In this document: piece after piece, positions 13,343 through 28,300 of the stretch
Numbering within the stretch: position 1 is the stretch's first letter
How the letters are laid out: the number at the start of each line of letters is the position of its first letter
Assembly: GCA_032718475.1 (NCBI GenBank)
Contig: JAUCBJ010001802.1
Coordinates: 62,001 to 126,000 of the forward strand
Source: Nemertoderma westbladi
Lineage: Eukaryota; Animalia; Xenacoelomorpha
Direction of reading: 5' to 3'
DNA: 64,000 nt
The notes under the pieces: model-generated
What the model was told of the DNA's origin: nothing
Seen by the model: the letters and a program-made list of their open reading frames with translations, nothing else
Databases searched by the model: none
Program-made: the position numbers and the translations under genes

Positions 13343-16300
13343 CTGAATACAACAAAAATACAGCATAATGTATGTAGGCTTGGGCTTACTGTAGATTTGA
13401 GTTTTCAATTTCGCGTGAATACTGTTGGGGCCTATATATTTCACAAATCTTACTGCTGATCATGACCATTTACGAACATGAACTGAATACAGGGTCCGAT
13501 CCATCGAAAAATCACCAACCATTTGTTACTACAGTAGATGAACTGCAAATAAACACTTACCAGTTGTAGTAGAACCATATAAATTCGGTTGCCACACATT
13601 CCTAAAGCCTGTCTAACTGGAAGCGAATAGAGAGGGGCAGGATAACTTGAGGCAAATCCGAAAAGCGAATTAATATCTATGCTAATATCATTTGAGGGAA
13701 AGGAGCAGGTTAAATCTAAACAATAAACTAAAGTCAATAGAACCGGTTAGGCCTACCCCCTAGCTAAAAGTTTCAAAAACGTGTTTTTTATTGCATCTGG
13801 AGCAGAATTTATGTGGATTTCAAATCTGAAAACCGCTTAGAGAGATCTATTTTAGTTCTCGAATAATCGTGGAATAACTGTCTGCCAATCTATCTGTCAA
13901 AAGGTAATCCAGTCAGACAGACAACGAACAGATAGACACACGACATTCCACCAAATATTAAAACTGACATCGGGAATGAAATCAGCGACCCTGAAAACCA
14001 CCATAAATATAATTTTAACTCGGCGATGTGCTTCTTTCATGTCAGACACCATTAACCAGCCAGACACCATACAGGTAGGTTTGCGCGGGATGTTTTGAAA
14101 TTTGAAGGCGATTATCTCAGAATGAAAATTTTTTGCTCGAAAAATACTACTCATCCGCAATTTCTTAACAGTTTCTCGCAATTTATGCTTTATATGAAAG
14201 GTAATTTCATAAGCTTCAATAAATTTCACGCACTTTTCTTAATTTAATAAATATTTCCCCATTTTTGAATGAAAAATTACAAAAAACATGGGGTTTTTCA
14301 GTTTTTTAAATTTTTTTTTGATGATTCTCTTTTCGATAGAATATCGTTTTCTATGCATTTCTTGGAGACATCTGCAAAATAAAAAAAACAACAGGGTGGC
14401 TACCCCCCCCCCCCCCCCCCCCCTCACTTAAGTATATACTGTAGAATACTTATATTTCGGATACAAAAGTTTAGCCTAAACAAAGGCCATTATTTAGGCC
14501 TAGTTTCTCCCGATACCATCTATCAGTTTCAAACACAGTACATTTAAGCCAAACTCCCGTCCTTGCAAGGTCACCCAGCCTGTGAATTAAGACTACCTAA
14601 CTATAGGTCAACTTTACAGTAAGCAACGCAATGCCAATTCTCCACACAACTTATCATTAATTTTGTATCGGTGAAAAATTTTGAGAATAAAAAAAATAGT
14701 TTTCTTAAATGAACCAGTATGCTGTGTACTACTGTAAGCTTATACCTAAATTTATAATACTTATTAGAGTAAAATAATCACCGTATTAGTAAAATAAACT
14801 TTACAAACTTTAAACTTTATAAACATTACATTACATTAGGGATTACATAACATTACATTACGTTACAGACTATGTACTGGTTCAAACTACGAAGTTAAGT
14901 TAAGTTTCGAATATAATATAATATTATGTCGTTGCAAAATTGAAATAAAGTAATAAAGTAAATAGTAATAAAGTACAGTAAATAATACAGTAGGCCTACT
15001 GTAACGCCAGTGTCTGTATGTACAGTAGAGTAATTTAAACATACCAGCGAAGGGTGTTCCCGCGAGTATAGGTGCTCCCATAAATAGCAATATCCATCCA
15101 AACATAGTACTCGTACTGATACTACTTGTTGACATCAGCTCTTTGACCAATAACATTCTCGATGTAATGAAATAAGCTAAAATTTAGGAAAAATAATGTA
15201 CAACAGGCGCCTGTATATTAAAACATTATTATTATTGTTGTATACAAAATAAGTTAATTGCGACACAAAGTATGGTTTGGAATGGTGTTCCCCCTGAGGT
15301 CTTTAAAATACCTGAGTGTTTAAAGCTCATCTATCCCATCATAGTAGACATGTACCGAACAACAAGAGTCCCACAAGAAATGAAAACAAATAAGTTGGTG
15401 CCAGTTCCCAAGAAGGGCAACCTAACACTCTATGGTTCTTTTCGGGGAATCTCATTGATCTCGATTGCTGCAAAGCTATACAATAGGATTCTATTAAATC
15501 GCATCAGGGATCCCATTGAGAGACTGCTCCGTGGAAATCAGAATGGGTTCCGTAAAGGTCGTGGTACCATGGAGCCCATTCTGGCACTTAGAAGGATAAT
15601 TGAAGAATTATCAAAAAAGAAAGACAGGCATCTGGCTGTTATCTTTGTTGACTTCTTCAAGGCCTTTGATTCAGTCTCTCGCTCACGTATGTTCTGTTCA
15701 GCATACTTTCATTATATGGGATTCCTGATGAAATTATTGCAGCAATAAGATCAGTATACGATGGTTCGACAACATTTGTGTCTACTGTTGACGGTGACAC
15801 AGAACCATTTGAAGTGTTATGGGGCGTCCTCCAAGGAGACACACTTGCACCATTCTTGTTCATTATTGTGGTTGACTATGTTCTACGCATGTCCTTAGAT
15901 CATCATAATGATGATGGGGTGATGATAACTCCACCTACTGGCTCCAGAAGTCGAGGAAATCCTGCCAAGTACCTAACTGATCTAGACTTTGCTGATGACT
16001 TAGGAGTACTCTCAGAATCACTAGAGGGAGCCCAACGGCTCCTCAGCTCATTAGAACATGCTGCTTCTAGTGTTGGTCTTTTTATTAACTCCAGAAAGAC
16101 CAAAATTTTGACAGTTAACTTTGAAAGTCCTCAGCAAGTCTCTGATCGGATGAGCATAAGCTCAAAGGATGGTATGCTTGAGCATGTGGACGACTTCTGT
16201 TACCTGGGATCATGGATCCGGAAGTCAGGTGAGGACCTTCGAATACGTAAGGGCAAGGCATGGGCAGCCTTGAATAGGCTTTCCAGGATTTGGAAGTCAC

Positions 16301-19300
16301 CGAGAATTAATCGGAAACTTAAGGTCCGATTATTTAGAGCAGCAGTAGTTCCAGTACTCCTCTACGGGAGTCCATGCTGGGCTCTAACTGCTGAGGACAC
16401 CAAATCTCTGGATGGCACATTCACAAGAATGCTACGCCGGGTTCATTGTGTCAAGTACAATGCACACATCTCCAACCAGACACTATATAACATTGGAGGT
16501 GTCTCATTGGTTCCCCCAAGCTTGACACTAGAACAAAATCGCCTCCGCTTTGCAGGACATTGCTTTCGCCGTGAGGACCAGCCAGTGCATAATCTTGTAC
16601 TTTGGCAGCCTCATGGAGTGAATAAGCATGGTGGACAGCCCATGACTTTCTTGAGACGCATCTTAAAGGACACTGGCCTTGAAGATGCGGATGATCTAGC
16701 AAATGTCATGGGTGATAGGGAGTTGTGGCGGTGCAATTTTATTGACAAGCCGGCACAGCATTCTTAAAAATGCAGCTGCAATGCAGCATGCCGATCCTAG
16801 GTGTAGTAGTAGTAGTATGGTTTGGAATAATGACAAGAAAAAAATATTGTTATAGTACTGGTAATCATTTTTACCGGTACTTTAAGCACCATTTTCGTAT
16901 ACCATTGTCTGCCATTCATGTCATACCTAGTGACGGTGTCCTAGAAGGCACGATACGGAACCGACCTTTTATTTCATAAAAGAACAGTGTAAAAGCTTTT
17001 GTGGGATATAACTGGCCCTTTTGCTTCGCAATCCAGTTTCCCTCAATGCGCTCAAATACTCTAAAGAAAAACTCCCTAACTCAAATGATGCAAGCTACCG
17101 GCTGATTGGCTGATTTGCTGTACGTATGGCCTCTTTGTTCTGTTCGATCAACCAACCAGAGCAAGGTCAACCAAGCAGAGTGATTCATCCTGTGTGTTGG
17201 CTAAGGGCTGCAAAAATCCGAATAGTTCGGCATTTAGACATTCGTGGAATCTGTGGAATATGGAACTCTGCCAATGAGAGCTTTTCCTCTTTGTGTTGAA
17301 AGCTTGCAACAGCTCACAGGGTTCAGTGTGTTGGTTTTCCTGATGCCATGAACATCAGCTATGGAATTATTCTGTTTTATTCCAACATTAGAACGGCTTT
17401 AATTATGAGAACACATAACTGTTACCGGTACGGTACGGTACGGTACGGTACGGTACGGTACGGTACGGTACGGTACGGTACGGTACGGTACGGTACGGTA
17501 CGGTACGGTACGGTACGGTACGGTACGGTACGGTACGGTACGGTACGGTACGGTACGGTACGGTACGGTACGGTACGGTACGGTACGGTACGGTACGGTA
17601 CGGTACGGTACGGTACGGTACGGTACGGTACGGTACGGTACGGTACGGTACGGTACGGTACGGTACGGTACGGTACGGTACGGTACGGTACGGTACGGTA
17701 CGGTACGGTACGGTACGGTACGGTACGGTACGGTACGGTACGGTACGGTACGGTACGGTACGGTACGGTACGGTACGGTACGGTACGGTACGGTACGGTA
17801 CGGTACGGTACGGTACGGTACGGTACGGTACGGTACGGTACGGTACGGTACGGTACGGTACGGTACGGTACGGTACGGTACGGTACGGTACGGTACGGTA
17901 CGGTACGGTACGGTACGGTACGGTACGGTACGGTACGGTACGGTACGGTACGGTACGGTACGGTACGGTACGGTACGGTACGGTACGGTACGGTACGGTA
18001 CGGTACGGTACGGTACGGTACGGTACGGTACGGTACGGTTCGGTACGGTACGGTACGGTACGGTACGGTACGGTACGGTACGGTACGGTACGGTACGGTA
18101 CGGTACGGTACGGTACGGTACGGTACGGTACGGTACGGTACGGTACGGTACGGTACGGTAAGGTACGGTACGGTACGGTACGGTACGGTACGGTACGGTA
18201 CGGTACGGTACGGTACGGTACGGTACGGTACGGTACGGTACGGTACGGTACGGTACGGTACGGTACGGTACGGTACGGTACGGTACGGTACGGTACGGTA
18301 CGGTACGGTACGGTACGGTACGGTACGGTACGGTACGGTACGGTACGGTACGGTACGGTACGGTACGGTACGGTACGGTACGGTACGGTACGGTACGGTA
18401 CGGTACGGTACGGTACGGTACGGTACGGTACGGTACGGTACGGTACGGTACGGTACGGTACGGTACGGTACGGTACGGTACGGTACGGTACGGTACGGTA
18501 CGGTACGGTACGGTACGGTACGGTACGGTACGGTACGGTACGGTACGGTACGGTACGGTACGGTACGGTACGGTACGGTACGGTACGGTACGGTACGGTA
18601 CGGTTCGGTACGGTACGGTACGGTACGGTACGGTACGGTTCGGTACGGTACGGTACGGTACGGTACGGTACGGTACCTACTGCTGTATTGCACATTATTT
18701 ACTGCTATTTACTGTTTGTTATTAATTGTATCAGTTGTTTACATATTGTTATTTGGAGAATAACGATAAATGATCAGAAACCCTGATCTTCTTGATACAC
18801 TAAGGTTAGAGAGACCGGTTACATATAGCAATTGCGACTTATATTATCGTGGTTTGTAGTGAATTGAATGCTATTTTATAGGCCCTACAAATGTCGGTTG
18901 CTATTCTCTTTATATATGATTAAAATCAGTGACTATCGGCAATTCAGTGTGCAGCGGTGTGCAATAGTCTGTATGTGCTTGTCCGCGTAACAAAGCATCT
19001 CCTAAAGAATGCGCCTTATGTGTAACTTATAATCCATTCCGTTGTGTTTAGTGTAAGCCATAGCTCTGTTTATATAGATAGAGCGCCACGTCCTAAAGGA
19101 ACTGCTAATATTTCCCGAAAGTGAATGATATTTGTCAGGAATTATATTAACGATCAATCGAATAGTACGGTAGGCCTGCACCGCAATCAAATTAAAGCAT
19201 CCGAATCCAGTCTCCCGGGTATATCCAGCGGGTGAATGGTCGCGCATAGACTGGCTTCGGCTAATGTTGGATTTATTTGTGTCAAATACTTGTCATAGGC

Positions 19301-22300
19301 TAAAGTCGATTTATAACCTAGAAGACATATAGATTTGGCGGGTTAAACTGCCAAAGGTCTTAAAAGCGCGAACAGTAACAGTTATTAATTCTGATTGCAG
19401 TGTAGGCAATAAATACAGTTTACTATTGTTCTGGTAAGAACAATAACAGTTATTGCTTCTTTATTGCCGTAAGCAATAAAGCTGAAGTACCGGTCGACCG
19501 GTAACCTGTAGGCCTAACTACCTAACCACCGGAACCGGTACTTACAGCAGTATACTGGTATAGGTACATCAGTATTATTTCGATTGTGATATATTGTATA
19601 TTGTAGGCTGTTAGGGGATTAGGGATTGATCACCCCTTATTCCTTTGCATGGTTTACTTATTTCTGTCAGTTTTATTTACTAGTAGGCTAATATTGAGCA
19701 GAAGACGTGTAAGCCTGCTCAGATCGTACAGATAATTTGTAGGCTGGGCTGTTGTCTGACTGTTGATAGGTCTGAACGGATTGCAGTGCATGTAGAGTGT
19801 ATGTCCGATAAAGTGCCGGTTAGGAACGTAGGGGCAGCTAGAGCTGTAAGGTAACCCCCCCCCCCCCCCCCCCGAAAGAATAAGTCGTACTACTAGGTTA
19901 GAACGCATACTAACTAACCATTTCGGAGTCTGCATGTCCTGTAGTTTATTTAGGCTTGATAGTAGTCTGCCAGCGTTTGGTCTGTACTTTGTTTGTGTAG
20001 TCTGTACAGGTACCGTAATATTTCTTATTCAGATAATTTATAGGCTAGATTGTTGTCTGGCTGTTGTTAGGTCTGAAGAGATTGTGGTGTGTGTAGAGTG
20101 TATGTCCGATAAAGTGCCGGTTAGGAAAGTAGGGGCATCTAGAGCTGTAAGGTAAATCCCCCCCCGAAAGAATAAGTCGTACTACTCGGTTAGAACGCAT
20201 ACTAACTAACCATTTCGGAGTCTGCACATACTGTAGTTTATTTAGGCTTGATAGTAGTCTGCCAGCGTTTGGTTTGTATTTTGTTTGAGTAGTTTGTACG
20301 GGTAGCGTAATATTTATTATTCAGAGTTTATGCGATTATTCGCAACATTCATAACCCCAAGTTTATTCCCACAGTAATTGTGCTTGTTATACATACCGTT
20401 ATAGTTAAATTAACCCCGGTACTACATAAGGGCTGCTTGGCGTAGGTAAAGACTGGTGATTTTGTGCCCCGGTCACTCCAGCAGATGCCGTGGTTCCTTT
20501 AGCTGTACAAGTATTTCTAACTGCTAGTTATTTGTTGTACAAGTACTTGTACCTAATTTAGGGTTTAGTGTACAGTGCTTTCCGAAGGTAATTAGTGTGT
20601 AGGCAGTATATTTGTGTTGTAAAGTGGTTAATAGGCATGTTGGCTCTGGTAGGCCGCGGTAATTAACTTCCAGGTAGGGACACTCCGTGATACATAACGT
20701 AGTACTTATAGCGATACGGCTATAAGTCGTCAGACGGTGGTATTTTTCCTATCTGGACAACGCAATATATTTACTACTGGTTTATTATTTTCAAATACCG
20801 TAATATCCTGTCTGTTGTAATAACCAGATTTTCTAACCCTTTGTTAGGCTGTTTTGTAGATTCCCTGTAAAATTACCCTAAAAATTCATATTTGTAATTT
20901 TTGTGTTTATTTAGAGATGGTAATCTCACCCCGAATTGTACGTAATTTGTAGTATTAAGTAACTTAGGTAAATTAGAATTATTTGTTTTAGTGTCCAACA
21001 AGTAGCACTTCACTGAGAGCGCACAGCTTCTGTGTAGTGACTCCTCCCCAGAAATAATAACATTTATTTCAAATATTGACAAAACCCATTAAAACGGGTA
21101 TATATATTATAAATCAACTCAAACGATTTATAAATAGTAGGCCTGCCATACAACAACTAGGTCTCAATATCAGTTGGACTACTGCTCAAATAACGGTAAT
21201 AAAGTAAGTTAAAGTAACCAAGTAACCCCTAAAATTCAGAAATACAATTATTCTAAAATAATTGACATACCGGTATTTACAATAGGCTTATTATATTTAT
21301 TTCTATAAATTTAGGCTGCAATTATACCGGTATTCTGTAATTAATTCTAGTTCATAATTATACTTATATATACTATAAGTGTAAGCTGTATACCGGTATT
21401 CACGATAGGCCTATTATATATTTATATATATTTGTGCTAAAATTATATACCGGTATTCTGTGACAAACATAGTCTGTAATAATACTTATATATATATATA
21501 CTATAAGTATACCGGTATTCTGATACATTGTATATATATCACGTTACACTGAGTAACGGTATCGGTAATTAATTACTAGGCTAACAGTTGATACTGAATT
21601 ACTAGACTTTCTTTAACTGTAATATAGCAGTAGGCATTCAACTGTACAATCAAATATGTCTGGCACAAAACGGGCACTGTCAGATAGTCTTTTGGAAGGT
21701 GTTAGAATGAGTCTTCGACTTGGACAGCGTCTTGAAAGGATGGAAGACAGAAAAGCAGCAGCAGTGGCAGCGGCAGAAGCGGAAAGAAAAGCGGCAGAGG
21801 CGGTGGCAGAAGCAGAACGGAAGGCGTCTGAAGCGACTGCCCAACTAGAGCTGGAGAGCCTTCGGGCGAGACAGGGATTTGCCTCCTCCGATGAAGGTGA
21901 TATAAGAGATCCCGAAAGTAGAGGTAATAAATCTCGTTCAAGCAGGCGTAGAAGAATGCCACACTGTCCGAAGTTACCTAATTTGCCTCCTGCGGTGAGA
22001 CTAGCTAGCACAGACTTAGGTAGTACAGAACCCACAGACCAAATTATTACAGTAGAAAGACTCCCTACTATAGTAGATGAGCCTGAAATAATTAGGCCTG
22101 TTCTCGAAGCCACCCCTTCGGTGATAGAGACACCTGTACTCCCAGGACCTACCTCTAAATTCCCTTTGCACAGCACAAAACTACCTGTGCCCAGTAGGAC
22201 TGTTCCCGAGTCCGAACCCATCCTGGACGCCGAGCGAGATATCAAGAATTTATCGCCCGTCGTCTCTCGCTTGCCCGCTACTACGTTGGCGACTCCCGCT

Positions 22301-25300
22301 TCGGCGGTCGAGTGGGTAGCTGAGGGACGACGGGAGATGGGTCTCCTGCTCGGGCAGCTGAGGGAACATTGTAAATGTTCCTCCCAGCAGGTCCGGGAGT
22401 TGGAAGGGACTGTTCAGCAGTTAAAGGGAGCAGTAAGAGAGGGTAGGTTAGCATTGCAAGAAGTGCAGCAGAATATCGCGTCAGAATGCGATAAGTTAGT
22501 AAATTTACAAAAGGGTATACCACCACCCTCTGTAACAATGTGTCAACCTGTTAGGTCTGAAGTATTTCATGCGCAAGGTGTGGAGCCTACACGCATATAT
22601 ACTGCTAGTGAAGTAGAAACTCCTATAGTAAACCCTATTAAGGGTAATTATAAACCTGTTGACAGTGATATTCCATATAGACTTGATAATAATCCGAGAA
22701 ATTTATATACCGATAACTCGATATTAAATAATACGATGGCCCAAGAAAGTTTTACGCGTCAAATGGCTAGAACCGAAGCCCGTCAAGCGGTAAAGATGGG
22801 AGAGATCGTCAAGTTCAATGGAGATGAGATGAAATGGTTACCTTTTAATGAATATTACAAAGATAACATACAGAACTCTGTGTTATCTAACGGAGAAAAG
22901 CTTAGATTCCTCATCGAGTGCTTGGAAGGATCTCCCAAGTTAATGGCGTTAAAGTTTATTGGACATCCAGATGGATTAAGACAAGTTTGGGATACATTAA
23001 ACATCAGGTATGGTAATAGGAATAACATAGCTAGGTATTTGTATGCAAAATTAATGGCGCCCCGAAAGTTTCTTAGCAGCGGGATAATAGAGTTTTCCGA
23101 TGAGATTCAAGAGATCTGTAGACAATTAGATTGGTTAGGTAAGTCTCGTGAATACCAGAATTCTATGGTTGTAGGAGCCTTAGCATCAACTCTGCCAAAG
23201 GGTGGAGTAGGTACACGCTGGGACAAGAAAGTGTTATATATGATGGAACAACAACGACGAGACCCTACCATGGCTGATCTCATGTCATTCTTGGATGGAG
23301 AGGTAAAATTACAGCTCCTAAAGCAGTCCCGAGAGAAGACCCTGGAGAACAAGGTGAGTGAAAAACCCGTTTCTAGGAGAAAAATAATACCAGTGTGTTA
23401 TACCGACGAGGGCGAAAGCCAGGCTTCTCAAGAAGAAGACAGCGGGAAAGACACTGAAAGATCTTACTATGACAATAAAACCCTAAAGGACGTAAGTAAA
23501 TTCAAGTCTCGAACCAATGACAGGAGAGAACAGGTAAGAAAAACTCCTCCTACGTCTCCTAAGAGAATTAATGTAAGAAATCCCGAGGAAAGAACGAGCG
23601 TGCACCACACAGCACATGTTAAAGTAAGTAACATCAAGCCCAAATGTGTGTTGTGCGACGGGCCCACCGTTTAAATGTGTGTAATGAATTCCTAAAGAAA
23701 TCATTAAAGGATAAACGTGAAGTCATGTGGGATAAGCGGTTGTGTTATAATTGTCTCAGACGAGGACACCAACGGCGAACCTGTTACTCCGACGCAAGGT
23801 GTGCGAAGTGCGGCGCGAAACATCATATTTTGTTGCACACCGAATTCGAAAGAAACAGCCCGAGTCAGGTAAGTGAGTCCGAACTACATGTCCAATTCAG
23901 TGATGTGAACGACACTGACCAAAGTTCTGAGATGGAAGGATTCTATACTATACGGACGAATTCTCAGACGAAAACGAATCCTGTTACTTAATAAATACCG
24001 CAGTGTATCGAGCACTTACGTATGAGAAGGAAACCGACAGTGAGCTCCCCCTAACTACTTCTGATCGACAACCATCTTGGAAAGCGCCAACTTCCAATGT
24101 AGGAATCCGAGAATTTCCTGTAGTACAGTTAAGGGTCCACGGACCTAAAAGGAGTTATATAGTGAACGCCCTCCTTGACTCCGGTAGCACAGGAACATTC
24201 ATCGACAAAGAACTAGCCGAAGACATCTTTGCTGGACAACCCAAGTTCCGAACTAAGCTAAACATGTCAGGAATTATGCAGGTTTGGAAATCTACCGTAA
24301 TAGCGGATTATTATGTAGGCGCGTTGTCCACCCCCCAGGATGAACTAGGAGAACACAGCATAAGGTCAGTAAAAATGGTAAAAATGGTAGCACTTGGCTA
24401 CCAGCCAAGTGGAACCTTATAACTGGGATGAGGACGATTTCACCCAGCAGCTTGAAATACCTAGATTCAACACCGATTACCCTGGAGTCCAAATACTAAT
24501 CGGTCAAAATGCGCATGAAGCGCTCGAGACATTGGAGAAACGGCCTGCTCAACCGCAACCACTACAAGCCTATGCGGGAAGAACTAGAGTGGGTTGGTAC
24601 TTTACTGGCCCTTCCCGTAGAACTCTCATGGAAAGATTACCGAAAGATCAGGTATATCAAGTAAGAGAATGGGAAGATGAGAGCAGTGAGTTAGACGATC
24701 CAACTAAGGGAAGACCATACTCCTCAGATAATGACGACATCAACTCCAATGTAGATCAATGGAGACATTGCCCCGAGACGATTAATCTAGCCGACATTGC
24801 CTCCAGTGGAGCAACTCCTCAAGAACTGACAGATACTCCAGACTGGTTAGGTGAACCCGACTTCCTAAGTAAAGAAGATGAATGGCCTCCCCACCTTAAC
24901 CCGGCTGAGATTAGACAGGCCAAGGGAGCAGAGAAAGTAACACAACCACTCAATCGCCCAGCTGGTCGTTTATGTTTACTGGAAAGAGACCGAAAACTGT
25001 CCGGAAACTATGGAAGGCAAGATACTCTTCCCACGATCACCTCCCTAATCCAACAAATATCTAGGGACTCCATAACGTAACAACATACGGAGTGGGTGTG
25101 TGACTATATTATTTTATATTTATTTTATTATTTTATATTATGTATGTATTATTATGTAATTTTATTATAATCGTTTTCTTTAATTTTATTTAGTCAAATG
25201 TTATTTAGCGATTATTTAGTAGATTAGTGCAATATATTAGTGTTTATTACTTAATTACTTATATATTATATTTAGTGCGACGGCGAGAAATAATTCTTTT

Positions 25301-28300
25301 TCTCTTTCCTTACTGTCCGTATCATATTATAAATACAATATTATTTTTTATTATTATATATACAATATAAATAAATATAAAATTATGTAAGATGAAATAT
25401 CCGTACTTATTAAAGTACAATAAAGCTCCTACTATATTCAAGTATTATTGGTAGGCAGAGTATTAGGAATGCAAAGTTCAGATCCTCGTGTCTCGGCTAA
25501 ACCAAGCTCTGGGTAGACCTTGGAAACGACTTGCCTCTTCTCACTGACATTGCTTCGTGCGATATTGCTCTCATACCGTATATTGAATAATACATATAGT
25601 AGCGTGATGTCCCTTTAACAGTAGCGTAAAACGCAAAATAAATCTGTTAAACCCTTTGACCATCTGCAATTCTAGTCGATTAAGATATCGCGGCACCCAC
25701 CGATATACTTGAAAGACAAAATTCTAGAATCAGTGGTTAACGTCCCCAGACAAGTTCTGGAATAAACTGGTGCCCATCCTAAATATTAATTATTAATATT
25801 TACAAAATCTGTCAAATTTCAGATCCTTTAAAATTCTAGTCGATTAAGATATCGTAGCACTTACCGATACTCTTAAAAGGACAAATCCCTAGAATCAAGG
25901 ATCCCAGTCCCCAGACTTGTTCTGGAATAAAATTGTGTCTATTTAATATTAAATAATAAAATTACGGGAATAAATTTAAATTCATCTTTTAATGAATTTG
26001 ATAAATTGTTATTTTATACAATTTATAATATTCCCAAAATTCCATTAATTAATAGATCATGGGAGCGGAGATTCACCTATTAAGTGTATTAGTGTGCGAG
26101 AATCTCCAATATAGAGTCAATAGCCGATAAAATTCATAAAATCATATATAAAGATGATATTGACCATTAAAGACTTACTATTAAATAGCATCCCAGATCT
26201 GTATGCATGGGAATTACCCTAATTCTACCGCTAGCTTTCCATAATGTCACCATAGCAACAACCACGCTAGAATTAGAAGCGAGTTAACAGAACAATAAAA
26301 AGCTTGCTCATTGAATAGCATACGGAATAAATAACACACCGCTAGTATCCAAGGATACATAATAACAACGTGACATTCTGGAAGGCACTTGACTAACGGA
26401 CAAATGACCCGAATGTGTGATAGAATGTGTACCATTTGTGACAGTTACGTGGAATTTGTGCGTTTGTAGATGAATGTTACTACTAAGGTGTGTTTACAGT
26501 AGCGAGTCGCAATTGTGAAAGTAGCCCTAACTCTCCAGTAAGAACCTGAAGTATATCTAAGCCTTTGGGACGGACGGTGGAGTGACTCGTGCTGGTTGTT
26601 GTAGTCGTTGTGCAGCTACGACGTTGGCGATAGGCACATCGGCGAAAGTACACCAGCGCTGAGGATCTCGCACTGTCCGGGGGCAGAGAGGGGTAGGCAG
26701 CGACGCCCGCTCGCCTAAATATAAACTCATTATAATATGGATAAACTTATATAGCAGATATGATTGAGTTGATAGAAGATGATCTTGGTATCAGGGAGCG
26801 ATATACTCTACCTTTACAAGCGTTTGTTGATAGCTTGATACGCGGCGACGCTGGTCCAACTACTACGGAGGACGATGGTCGTTATATCGAACCGCCAATG
26901 TCCCAGGAACAACTTACGCGTGAATTGGACTATAGAAAATTCACCGCTCGCTATACGCATCGTAATGGTACGTATATGGACTTCTTAACTACTGGTCATC
27001 CTATCGACCTACACGATACGAACGATATAGACACCGAAAGGGAAATGGTTTTATTTAAATATCATACCCAGCGGAAGCGGAACGATAAACTGAGATTCGA
27101 ACACGAAAATTCTATTCGAAACCGACTCGAAAGTGAAGATGTTGAAGAGCCGGATAAACGCAGCGACTTCAACAGAATATCTGGAATTCTTGAGAGAAAC
27201 ATATCTCAATATTACCAGTCAACAGAATCTAGAAACTCGATATCTTCAAGGTATACATCATGACCGCATGGTAGAACTCAAACGGCTCTATTCCACTATG
27301 ATGTATCTTACCGCTGATCGACCGCTACCTGTTGCACCGGATAGCTTCGAACAGATGGAGGAATATTGTAAACTGGAGAAAGATCACTCGCGTTTCCCCT
27401 ACAAGACGTGCGTCTTTGGTATTATTGCGATGAATGCCCTAGACCCAACCAACAAACGGAAAGACCTAAACATCCGCGGAGACGTTGCATTAAACACGGT
27501 TTTACTCGCTATATTTACGGGAGTTTCGAGCGAAACTTGTTCGATGTATCACCTACGCTCGCTCGATTCAAACGATCCTTAAATAAACCTATGATCCGAG
27601 TTCCGGAATACTCGATCAGACCTCCTCACTCCCTAGTGAGAACCCAGACTCTTGATCCTAATAGTATCATGGATCCTCCCGAGCTGTACTCACTGTTCAA
27701 AGATCTAGTGCTACCCGAACAGTTAGTCGGTGGCACTCTGATTGTGGGCTCCCTAAATATTCGCCCATCTTACCTAGTCGGATTGGGACGCGGACATCTA
27801 ATATCGTCATTCAACCGTATCATCGTCCCTGTTTAACCCGATACAACCTGTCACTGAGGCGGAGGAGAGAGTTGTACGAGACGCGTTGGACACTATTCGT
27901 CAAAAGATCGGAAAATGAACCTACAATTGTTTAGAGAAACGTAAATTGCGGCAGCAAGTCCAAGCGGTAAACGAATTAACTTTATCTCAGTTCGATCAAG
28001 AAATCCAGAATCTCTAAGAAGATATCGAACTTGGACGACCCTATTCTCTGCGAGAGTTTTTGGATGAACGTATCCAGCTACGAGCGGAGGAAAATCAGCT
28101 CGAGGAGAACATATCGAAACGGCGGATACCCCGACCATAATCCTACACCTTCTGATGCAATCATATTGCACCCTTCACCCAGGAGTTATAGCCCTCCTAG
28201 TAAAGTGGCTCCCCCCAAAGAGAAAAGGACTCTTGCTAGCTTTAAAAAACTGCGTAAACGCCGTCCACGCAAGAAAGACTAACTGTTTAGAGTATTTTTA

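Noticed and set aside
17426-18675. Possible interstitial telomeric repeat
   Set aside because: CGGTA is not TTAGGG or TTAGG, and it has a 5-unit counterpart in the 3' LTR.
17348-18763. ORFs of (YGTVR)n and (TVPYR)n
   Set aside because: Artefact of the CGGTA microsatellite; absent from the sister LTR.
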